A DNA stretch of 64,000 nucleotides from Phoronis australis (Eukaryota > Animalia > Phoronida), in assembly GCA_002633005.1 (NCBI GenBank), contig NMRA01000619.1:169704-233703 (forward strand), read 5' to 3'. This document shows, one piece after another, positions 53,579 to 64,000 of this stretch. Position 1 is the first letter of the stretch. Each line of letters starts with the position of its first letter. The notes below the pieces were generated by a model. The model did no database searches. It was not told where the DNA came from and was given only the letters and a program-made list of their open reading frames with translations. A program made the position numbers and the translations under genes.

Positions 53579-55477
53579 CCTTGAAGTCGGAGGGTATTTC
53601 ACTCAGAACTAGGTCACAAGAACTGCACATAATTGAAACCTCGTTACTTAGTCATTAGTGAACATATACTTACCATATTTTCAGCAATACATTTTGAGTA
53701 AGCAAGCTTCATGTTGATATAAATTTTATCCAAGTTTAGTATTGATAAAGGGTTGAGCAAGTAGTTTTACTTTTTGCTTTCCAGAAACAAAGACATTTGT
53801 TTACAAATAACCCATTTAAATTTCCAGAAAACATGTCAGGAAAGTTTTCCTTGTGGCATATCCATATCATAATCTAGATCACTGAAATCTGTATATAAAT
53901 CTGATCACTCAGTGCCATCAATATCCACATTTTCATATCCATAATCATTGAAGTCTATATCTAAATGTGATCACTGTCATCAGTATCCACACCATACTCC
54001 AAGAAATGTGAGAGATCAGCAGAGACGATCTCTGTATAATACCAAGGCAGTAATTTCAAATGAGTGTAAGCACAATTCTATAGTGACAGAGTAGAATGTT
54101 CACAATAATTGGTCATTTTGTTGTTGTTTCTGCTGTTCTGATAAAATAAACAGGAGCAACCTAGCAGATGATTAAGTGGTGACAGCAGTGTTATGTAATA
54201 CCAATTAGGCTCAAATTCAGAGCAAATAGTTTCAATCTAGTCTTCAAATCAAACAAACATACTATATTTCATGGAAGAACATCTCTGTAACCTTTCAAAA
54301 GTTACTACAGCCACTACTACAAAGTTAGCATGCTTAGCTCGCGAAGAACTTATGGCTCTTAAGTCCAGAAATAACAGCCAATAAGCATTAACTTCACAAA
54401 CAATAAGTTAATACAGAGTCTGGGGTCTCAATCCTCATTTGATAGAAAACTGGGAATACCCTAGATGTATTTAAACTTAAACCAATAAATTGCTGCCTTC
54501 TGTCTCTCCTGAAGGCGTGATCCGCCTGTGAGATACATTGTTGAGATTATGCCTCCAGTCGCCACTGAGTGAAAACTAACAGCTAGTCACGCCATATGGC
54601 GGCATCAGGGGGGAATGAGTTAACAGAACAAAATATAGGTGTATTCTCTGTACTTCCTGAAATGTAGTGACATCACTGACTATGACCTGCAAGAAAATTG
54701 TCCATATCATTGCCCATGGTCATGTAAACAGAACATCTCATAAAGGAATCAATTATGCCATAACAGAAAACCATATTATTTTACTTGTCAGAAGACAAAT
54801 TACTATTTATGAAAACAATATCTAATTTTTTTCAATTTCCTAATAAATGTATACACAACAAAATTTTACATACAATCTGAATTCTTGAACCACATGGATT
54901 TGAGCTCGTAAGTGGAAAATGAAAAGTCATTTGAGATAAAGACAAGTTGCCCAGTTGGTTGTCGAACTAAAAGTGTATAGATATCAACAAATAATAGCAT
55001 ATATACAGAAATGTACAGAAAGTCAATAGGTTCTAGGAATATATGACTAATACAGTACTGACGACTACAAAACATGAACCAGTAAAGCATAAACAACAAC
55101 AGGATAGAATATTATGTCACTACAGGATATACACATTCCAATATAGTTATCAGAAAATCTGTTTCCTTTCCTCCAATAATCAAAGACAGTTCAAAATCTA
55201 AAACTACATGAATGAGAATAATATCACATTGGTTACAGCCATTAGTGTGCAAAACTGAAATAGCTATAAATTACACTTTTGTTCTACATTAGTACAAAAC
55301 CTATAAAATAACTAGCTTCTGAGCCTTCATTCAGCACTTTGTATGGTTCAAAAGGTACTTATTAGATGTATTTTATTCTCCAGGAAAATAAAGGTGAACT
55401 TTATACCCATTTCAGTTTCACCAAAATAGTTTGATTAATACTTTCTTCAGATATCGGGGGGGGGGGTCAATTTCCTG

Positions 55478-55656
55478 AGCATAGAACAATTTGAACACCT
55501 CCAAATAGAACAATATGGACACCTCCAAATAGAACAATATGAACACCTCCAAATAGAACAATATGAACACCTCCAAATAGAATAACATGAACACCTCCTA
55601 ATAGAACAATATGAACACCTCTAAATAGAACAATATGAATACCTCCAAAAAGACAA
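55478..55656. repeat. 24-bp minisatellite (aatagaacaatatgaacacctcca), about 7 copies
   Basis: direct reading; explains ORF 55467-55778. Confidence 0.95.
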
Positions 55657-55814
55657 TGTGTTTTGAGAAAGCAGCTGGCAGCTGACCAAAACAGTGTTAT
55701 ACAACCTACAGAACTATCTCTGTCGTGAACAAGCCAGTGAAATGAGGGATTGTGGGTTGGGAAGAAAACAGAGCTCACTTAATTAAAGACTACTGGTGAT
55801 GCTGTAGTTCTTAC

Positions 55815-55946
55815 CGCCTGTATTTTATCATCTCAGGCTGCCAATTCTTGTCTAGCCGGAGATGGACCCTCTTAGAGGTGTCTTCTACGTTCATGGCCCA
55901 GAGGTCCTCAACTTCCAGTGGCTTCTTATAACCCTTAATGACCATA
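55815..55946 (-). CDS. ABCC1: ABCC1-like exon (MVIKGYKKPLEVEDLWAMN...)
   Basis: ttatag| ... |gtaag, 132 nt, phase 2-2; GY..PL...DLW motif. Confidence 0.95.
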
Positions 55947-56187
55947 CTATAAGCAGAAAAACCTAATATTATGAATACCACATAGAAAGGTGACAATAGA
56001 GAGCATGCCTTTGCAGATCTGAAAATGTTTGCTTACAAGCAAAGATATATCAAGAAGTTTTAGATAGTTTAACAGGAAAAATAATGCTTATGAGCTCAAC
56101 AATCAACAAAATGTGTTAAGTTGCCTTAAACTTTAACTTAATTTATTTCTGTAGATGAATGCAAAATTTAAAAAACAGTATGACTTA

Positions 56188-59100
56188 AACAAAAGCAACG
56201 CAAAGCCTTGATATGCAGCCAGATACAAGGGATGATAACTATTTCAGATATTCCCACTAAATGGAGCAATGCCAATAAACTTAAAATAGCCTCTAGGGGG
56301 TGCATAGCAAGTCAGCAAAGATCTCCCCAATAGGAACACACTTGCCAAGCCTGTAAAAATTAAAACAGGCACTTGGGACACAGAGGTACTTTGGTTGTCA
56401 GATATGTCCAAATGTCATCATCTATTGTCACATTCATACAACTACACTTGCCAAATTACACAAAGATTCAGCAGGATGCACTGACATAACAATTCTTTGA
56501 GTGGATTGGCCGATAGAGGGATCGGATGTCAAAAGACATGGCCACTTGAAGACATACATCGCATCAAATCCACATGAAAACAAAAAAGGTGACATCACCT
56601 CATAAACAGAAACCTATTTGCCAAATTTCATAAAAATCCACCAAGAAACACCAAAGATGCACAGCAAAATGGAGAAAAATAAAATAGCTGCTCAGGTTGC
56701 ACAACGAGAGTCAAATCCATCTGAACAATGTCGTCATACGTTGTCACCTTGAACTTCATACAAATACATTGCTACATTAAACAAAGTCCTGCAGAGGGTT
56801 TAGGAGATACAGCTGCAGACACAAGAAAAACAAAACTGCCACTAGGAGGGGCCACAGTAGTCAGTGTCATCCACAGACAGATGTTGTCTTCCCAGGAAGA
56901 AGATATACGTGAGCTTTCATGATAATCCTAAGAGTGGTTTGGCTGACAGTGAGGCGGATGCCAAAACAGACTCAAAATAATAAAAATGGCCACTAGGTGG
57001 CATGCACCAAGTCAAATCCATCTGAAAACGGAAGATGTCATTGCTTTTTAATGAAATTTACCAAATTTCATAAACATCCCGGCGTAAAGGATACAGACCA
57101 AAACGGAAAAGTATAAAACTGCCACTAAGGGGCACAGCACTGGTTGGATCTGTCTGACAGTGGTCTTAACCTGTTGTCACTTTCATGTAAATACACTTGG
57201 TAAATTCAAGATAGAACCAGCACAGGGCATCACAGACGGTGTTGATTTCTAGCATAAAAAATGGCCACTAGATGGCACAGAATACATTGAACCCTTCCAA
57301 AAAAGGTAAGCTGTCTTCATTTCTCAAAATTATTTGCCAAAGTTCATGAAAATCCACCAAAGAACTCTAAAGATACAATGGCAAACATAACAAAAACAAA
57401 TTACCAATAAGAACAACAGTAGTATTTGAAACCATCCATCTGCTGTTGAGTAAGGGGGAATATTTTCATAATGATTCTCTGCGCAGTTTGGCAGATACAG
57501 ATAAAGCAGACAACAAAGAACAGAATAAAATATAATTAAAATGGCCACTAGTAGGTACAGAATATGTCAAATCCATCAAAAAGAAAGGAAAGATGCTGTC
57601 GTCTTCAGTTGAAATATGTTTGCCCAATTTTACAAAAAAGCATCAATGAACTCTGAAGTTTAAGAGGCAAATGCAAAAATAAAATTGTCATTTATGGGAG
57701 AACAGCTGTAGTTGGGTTGGTCTGAAACTGGCCGTCATCTGTTGCCATCTCCATAGAAAAACATCTGCTAAATTTCAGAAAGATCTTGCAAACGGTAAAG
57801 GAGATAAAGACGTGAACACCCACTCAGCGGTGCAAGAGTAGTTGAAGTCATCCAAAAAACAATGCGAGTCTCAGTCGTCTCATCACAAACACATATGTCC
57901 AAATTTTAATAATGATCCTTCAAACGGTTTGGTAGATAGAGAGGGTGATGTCAAAAACATGCTAAATTTTTTTTATATTGCTACCGAGAGGAACAAAATA
58001 TGTCAAATCCACTATAAAATGTGAAAGCGTCGTAGAAACCTATTTGCAAAATTTCGTGATAAAACCGCTGATATACATCGTATCTATCTGAAAACAGGAA
58101 CCTGTTGACTCTTTAATAGAACCTATTCATTAAATTTCAAAAAAATCTGCCAAGGAGTTTCAAAGATACAGGGGACAACGAAAAAATAAAATTATCACTA
58201 AGGGGGGCAAAACAGTAGTCGGATCCATTCAAATTTCAACGTTGTCTGTTGTCAACTTCATATTAATATACTTGCAAAATTTTCATAAAGATCCTGTAGA
58301 TGGTTTGGAAGATACAGACATAGATGGAAAAAAATAACACTAGGAGGTGCCACAATAATCCTAGTCGTCTAAAAATACTCATCAGCCGTCCACTTTACAA
58401 TAGAAAAATAAACGCCAATTTTCAAAATCATCTTTACAGTGGTTTGTTTGAAAGAGGGGTGGATGCCAAAACAGACTAGAAAACAGTGAAAATGGCTTTT
58501 AAAAGCTTAAAATATGTTTAATCCATCCGAATGGGAACATGTCATCATTTCTTTAATAGAAAGCTATTTACAGAATGTCATAAAAATCCATCAAGAAATG
58601 TCAGAGAACAGGAAACTGAAAAAAACAAAACTGACACTAGTCCGAGCACAATGTTCTTTGGATCCGTCTAAAAGTCGTCGTCATTTGTTGTCAACTTCAT
58701 ATCAATACACTTGCTAAATGTAATAAAAATCCTAGAGGGTTAAGGAGTCACAGCCACGGGCGCAAAAAATAAACTGCCAGTAGGTGGCGCCTCAGTAGTC
58801 AAAGTCGTCCGAAAATCATCTTCGGCTGTCTTCTTAACAGTACGAACAAATAAGTATGCCAATTTTCAAAATCATCCTTAGAGCCGCTAATAGAAAGACA
58901 GACACCTAAACACAGACTCGAAAACAGTAAAAATGGCCACTAGGTGGCGCAAAATATATTGAATCCATTCGAAAACAGCAGGACAGCATCATTTCACTAC
59001 TAATAGATGATTATCTGCCAAATTTTATGAAAATGCATTGAGCTTTTGAAGAAACAATTAAACATAAAAAACGGCCACCAGGGGACACACTGGCAGTCAG

Positions 59101-59280
59101 ATATGAGTCCGAAAGTGCCCTCATGCCACCCCATCCATGAAAGGAACACGTGATGCAAAATTTCATGAACATAAGTCAAAGGCTTTTGGAGATAAAGCCC
59201 CAGATGCTGCACAGATGTCAGACGGATGGACAGGTATGACGGCATAATGCACCCACATATAAATATATGGGTGCATCAAA
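56188..59280 (+). mobile_element. Helentron/HINE-like tandem-array element, copy 3 (longest)
   Basis: aacaaaagcaa start; unit order colinear with copy 2; gacggatggac tract; terminal hairpin atgcaccc-acatataaatatat-gggtgcat. Confidence 0.72.
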
Positions 59281-59443
59281 ATGGTTTTTGGACCCATTTC
59301 TAGAAGTGAGTTCCCCCGCTCTGCACGAACTCTTATTTAGCTCATGGATAACTAGACAATGCTATTATGAAGCTCTTGATAAGTAAAGTGGTATGAGCCA
59401 GGTGGTTTGTCACCAGATGGCATTGCACCTGTTGAAAACTCAC

Positions 59444-59505
59444 CTTGTAAACCACCAGAATGTTATGCGAGACAGAAACGATGACTCCTTCTCAGGACAC
59501 GGGAG
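59444..59505 (-). CDS. ABCC1: ABCC1-like exon (L0/lasso; LPCPEKESSFLSRITFWWFT)
   Basis: ttgtag| ... |gtgag, 62 nt, phase 0-2; diagnostic PCPE..ASFLSRITFWW-type motif. Confidence 0.95.
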
Positions 59506-59524
59506 CTACAACAAAACAACGATA

Positions 59525-60028
59525 TACTGAATTCACCCTAACAACCGCCCATGCCCCTATAAGCGCCCCCCCAAGCATTTTCAGACTTTACTGAAATAAG
59601 CGCCCAGTCCATGAACGTGTACGTGCGTAAAATGCCTTACCTACAGTCCTAAAATTCTACAATAACATCTTCAATTTATCAATAATATCCGACAGACCTG
59701 AAAAAAATCATTGTGTGCGGAATTTGTAGACCACGAGCCTTGCCGCCATGTCGGTATTTATTCCACTTCAAAGTTATGCTCTGAATAGGATTTGATTTAA
59801 CTCTCACAAATATACAGTATTCGTCGATTCAACAGTTTTTTTTTATTTATGTTGTTTCAACTGTGCATTGCTTTTCGGCAGCCATTTTATAGTAACTTCT
59901 ATGGTCCTCAAATGTTGCCGCCTTTTGAAAGAACAGAAAACCATGCAGAAAAAAAGGCCAAGAAAATAGGACAAGTGGTTTACAACAATTACAGTTCAAC
60001 CACAAACTGTTTTACGGCGAATACGGTA
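59525..60028 (-). mobile_element. Short pogo-like MITE sharing the HIRAN-side end
   Basis: 59525-59755 is the reverse complement of 11605-11840; ends ttacggcgaatacgg|ta. Confidence 0.7.
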
Positions 60029-60054
60029 TTTAAATATCAAACAAAAACACTTAA

Positions 60055-61172
60055 AGGTGAAGGCAACATTTTTTCATGTCATTTTTAGCAAAAATAAGGT
60101 TCGTTGATTATCCCAGACATATTTTTCACTTATTTACTGCTTTTCGTAATTTAATTATTAATTACTCGTCGTCTACTCCGGAAGTGACGTTTTGGGAGGC
60201 AAGAATTTTGTGCAAATTTCTTTTCATATGGTCCGACTGTGAGAGCAGTCGAGTCAGTCATTGTTCTACCTCGGTTGTGATGAGTTCGGTCGTCGTTTGC
60301 TTTTGCTTACCAGTCAGTCAACATGCCATGCTGTTGCTGCGTACTGGGATGTACTCATTATCGTCTCACGTACAGAGGAAAACTGTCCCACTTGCCCGAG
60401 TGTCCCGCGACACACTCCCACTGGAGGGTGATCTGAGCACCCAAACTGCTTACATCCCGCCGTGTGACTCCCTCGACACACACCTGGCACCTTCTAAATA
60501 GCTCCAATACAAGTTCGCAATAAACTTATCAAACTTAGGCTCACCGATCTGTTCATTGGATGACGAACTGTATTCTTCACTGGGTGCTGAACTGGGTCTG
60601 TATTCACTCCCACTACTCAAAATCGCTGCAGGGCTGCTTACAGGCTCTGGGCTAGAGACAGCAGCACAGAGCGAATCACTGCTAGTTCCCAGAATTGCAC
60701 GCAATGGGGGTACGTTCAGAGGCACGGGTGACAGCAGATGAAGTGCCTCCAGTCACTGTATACAGTGGCCACAGCTCGATCGCGAGGCTTCTCGCTTCAA
60801 AAATGCACTTTTCGGGGTTGGCGACGGGGCACTGCCAGTAATCAACAGCGACGGTATGGTACACTTCTTCAGGCGTTGTTTCGCAAGGATCTTCGTCAAT
60901 TCAGCGTACATATCTCTGTCGTAATCTGACGGCAGAAAATGCTTGCCACACACTCGGTAATCCTCCACTGCTTTGTACGTTGCTTGGACGGGTAGCGCTG
61001 CGCTCTTCACATGAACGAGCTAGCCAAGTACGGCGAAGTGTGTCATCCTTCGGAAAGCGACGCATGGTACCCAAAGCGTGTGTGAGACGATGAGTACATC
61101 CCGGCACGTAGCAACAGCGTGGCATGTTAACTGACTTGTAAACAAAAGCAAACAACGACCGAACTTATCACA
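60055..61172 (-). mobile_element. Second copy of the family A fold-back derivative, one end truncated
   Basis: TTAA|aggtgaaggcaac at 60051; same junction as 45720-45760 in reverse; no internal duplication. Confidence 0.85.
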
Positions 61173-61730
61173 TAGATGGGACTATATTATTTGTTTTACA
61201 AAAAAATAGAAAAAACTGTTGTTTTTACAAATATAAGTTCTCTAAGCTCTGGTGGTTATTATGCAACTTCAAACTCAAATTTCTCAAAAATTTGCAACTT
61301 TAAATATGTGAACTTTTTAGATTTTGAAAACACTCCCGGTAATGAATTAAAAAACACCAAAATAAAATTGCCCCCTTAAAAGAACTCACAAACACCATTT
61401 TCTAGAAGCCCTACAAATTCTGGCCAACCGTCTAAAGTAGGGGTATCAAGTGGTGAAATGAAGTATCCCAGAAATTATTTTCTTTGCACAGCACAGCATA
61501 GTAGCGAACATGGTGAAATTCCCTGTGAATTTTGCACTTTTCTTCCCTCAGTAAAACCCTCTGATGCTGATGTATGCAACTTTAACTTCCAGGGAAATTT
61601 CTAGTGGAATTTTGGTACTGGGAAGGTAATTTTTGTGATTTTTAAATGTTTTTTAGAGAGATTTTGATGTGGGTGGTATTCACAGCCCCAGTATCCCGAC
61701 ATTGAGAGCCGTGCAAAGACAAAAACTTAC

Positions 61731-61859
61731 AAGATCATCCTGTGAAGGTATATAGCCTAGTGGCGCTTTGTCGACCCACGCTGCAAGTATTAGCTGAATG
61801 GTCACCAGGAGAAGCTGTAGACACAGCAAGACTAGACGATATACATCAGTGACGAATCC
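61731..61859 (-). CDS. ABCC1: ABCC1-like exon (last TMD0 helix; GFVTDVYRLVLLCLQLLLVTIQLILAAWVDKAP...)
   Basis: tgcag| acceptor, |gtaag donor, 129 nt, phase 0-0, hydrophobic helix. Confidence 0.85.
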
Positions 61860-62084
61860 CTGCACAAGATTGACCTCCATTAAGACATTTCATCCCACAC
61901 AGACTGCCAATAGTGGACAAATTAAGACACATTATCAATATCAGAAAGTCAACAACTTAACATTATTTCTTGATCACTGTGACATTCAAAGCTGTTTCAA
62001 GTCAGCAGTTGTATAAACATTTTTGAATAATTTTTTTTAAGTGGCCAGGGTAACTTGAAACATTTCCCCACCCCTCCAGCTTCC

Positions 62085-62260
62085 CCAGCTAATTTCCACC
62101 GAACATTAAGTTATCCCCACGCTTCCACTTGGATATCGTACATTTCACTTAAGTTATCTCAACGCCTCCACTTTGTCATCGTACATTTCATTTAAGTTAT
62201 CCCACCCCTCCACTTTGTCACCGTACATTTCGCTTAAATTTATCCCCACGCCTCCACTTC
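62085..62260. repeat. 42-bp minisatellite (ttaagttatccccacgcctccactttgtcatcgtacatttca), about 4 copies
   Basis: direct reading. Confidence 0.9.
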
Positions 62261-62767
62261 ATACAGAACAAGAAGAAGAAACAATAGCAGGCCAACAAAG
62301 TATTACACCTGCTCCAAGGAACACATAAAAGAGGATCCACATTGGTGAGACTTAGACACTCGCTATATGCAGGGATCTTGTAAGTCACTCTGCCATCACA
62401 GGGGCAGAGAGGTATTCCAGGGAAGAACAAAGCTGCCAGCACTTGTGTGACATTTATAGTAAAAATAGACAGTGATAGTCTGTGATCTCGATGGATCGAG
62501 CTAAATCAATAAATTGTTAATTAGAAATAATAAAAATCTTCTTTTAAACATTGTTTTTGCCAGGGTTGTTGTGAAACGGGTAGTTTTTCTTTCTTGGCCG
62601 TGCTGTTGAAGCTGTAACATGATGAGCTCAGTGATTCACCCTTTGTTTATACTCTGTAAGCTGCACTTAATCATCTGGCTATATTATATAATGCATGCTA
62701 GCTAGCTGTGTGGCCACAGTCACGCTTTGTATACTGTATGTAGTGCTCCGATCACTTAATAGATACT

Positions 62768-62769
<2 letters not shown>

Positions 62770-62817
<48 letters not shown>

Positions 62818-62840
62818 ATATATACATATTATATATATAA
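62770..62840. repeat. (TA)n/(TAA)n microsatellite
   Basis: direct reading. Confidence 0.95.
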
Positions 62841-62971
62841 ACAAGTCTCTTTTGTCTAAGCCTTGATAGTACATAAAATATTCAACAAGCCGTCGTTTTT
62901 TAAAACTGGTCTTCACATTGACGACCAAGATAATTAACCCCTAGACATGTCCCTGTGTTCACCCTACTCAC

Positions 62972-63109
62972 CTTTCTAACAGCACTCCTGGCTACCGACT
63001 GTAGCAAGACAAGGCTGACGATGAATAAAAAGAACCAGAAGAGAAAGAGGCACCCTGATGCTCGGACACCCTTGGAACGTTCAAACTGTATGAGTAATAA
63101 TGCGAGTAC
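62972..63109 (-). CDS. ABCC1: ABCC1/MRP1-like transporter exon (TMD0; VLALLLIQFERSKGVRASGCLFLFW...)
   Basis: ctttag|gtactc acceptor, aag|gtgagt donor, 138 nt, phase 0-0; ER.KG..SG..F.FW motif of MRP TMD0. Confidence 0.9.
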
Positions 63110-63439
63110 CTAAAGAAAACAATGTAAACATGCAGTAATTCCTCCTTATTTTGTCTAGCTACATATGCATCACACAGAAGCATCTTGTCAGCTAAGTAAG
63201 ATTGTGCAACAGATGTCACAAGTGTTTCACCTATGAAAACAACAAAATAACAGTCAATGAGAATGGACTCAGAATATTGAATTGAATCATTTATTTATCT
63301 AATTAATGTTGCTACTGGGTAGCCTCTTCAGTGTAAAACAGTCTGGTCTCGAGGCACAGGTATAGAAATACAGAACTGAATAAAACAATAACGAGAGCGC
63401 TCGGAGGAGCGACACTTGCCGGAATTAATCGAAAAGACG

Positions 63440-64000
63440 ACGAACACGATATCATTCATGTGACTAGCGAAGAAATCATTTAGAGAGCATACAATCAACA
63501 ACAATAAAGAATGAAAGCCTGTTCAAAACTCTATCTGAAGTGGTAGTTTGGCAAACACGATAGCATTCATGTGACTAGCGAAGAAATCAAATAGAGAGCA
63601 TACAGTCAACTACATTAAAGAACAATAGATGGCGCAACATGACGGTCCAGTCTGCAGTAGGACAGTGCTGGCTGGGTCAGTCTGGGTCAACTAGGCATAA
63701 TCAAAACAAAGTGAACTGAAAGCCAGCCAGCTGCTTGTGACCGAAGGAACAACGGTATTCGAAAATCTCGAATAATTCAAAAAGTAGAAGTCGTAGCGCA
63801 AAATGAAAATTATCATCTGAAAGCCCGTTCAAAACTCTATCTAAAGTGGTAGTTTGTCAAACACGATAACATTCATGTGACTAGCAAAAAATCAAATAGA
63901 GAGCATACAGTCAACTACAATAAAGAACAATAGATGGCGCAACATGACGGACGAGCCATGCTTTAAAGTAGGACAGTGCTGGCTGGGTCAGTCTGGGTCA
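63440..64000. repeat. ~307-bp tandem repeat with internal subrepeat, running off the window edge
   Basis: 63514-63690 recurs at 63821-64000; attcatgtgactagc occurs three times. Confidence 0.85.

Larger units (their letters stand above)
51958..54619. mobile_element. TTAA-flanked piggyBac-like non-autonomous element hosting nested inserts
   Basis: TTAA|ctcattcgaccctga ... tcaggggggaatgag|TTAA. Confidence 0.55.

Noticed and set aside
55467-55778. ORF with (LFGGVHIV)n repeats
   Set aside because: Translation of a 24-bp minisatellite; no splice or homology support

Overview
AT-rich invertebrate-type animal genomic DNA, with two single-N assembly breaks at 2578 and 30551. The window holds the middle of one long minus-strand gene, an ABCC1/MRP1-like ABC transporter. 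I can read 18 GT-AG exons from 63109 down to 9554, covering TMD0, L0, TMD1, NBD1, the linker and the start of TMD2. Splice phases are consistent except for one absent exon: the NBD1 Walker A exon, which most likely lies in the gap at 30551. The introns are packed with nested transposon relics. The most structured is a TTAA-flanked Kolobok-type DNA transposon family present in five copies. It carries a THAP-transposase N-terminus converging on a Cys-rich KolX/P2X7-tail-like ORF, has lost the DDE core, and includes a fold-back subfamily built from two THAP-side ends. Also present are a second Kolobok-like family that splits a LINE RNase H cleanly, Helentron/HINE-like arrays carrying co-oriented CTCF-like motifs, and Penelope GIY-YIG elements with hammerhead-like 3' ends. 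There is a HIRAN-bearing pogo-like family, relics of BEL, Gypsy, hAT, piggyBac and ISL2EU types, and several minisatellites close to exons, one of which repeats the splice donor. All family assignments come from motifs recognised by eye; no database search was run.
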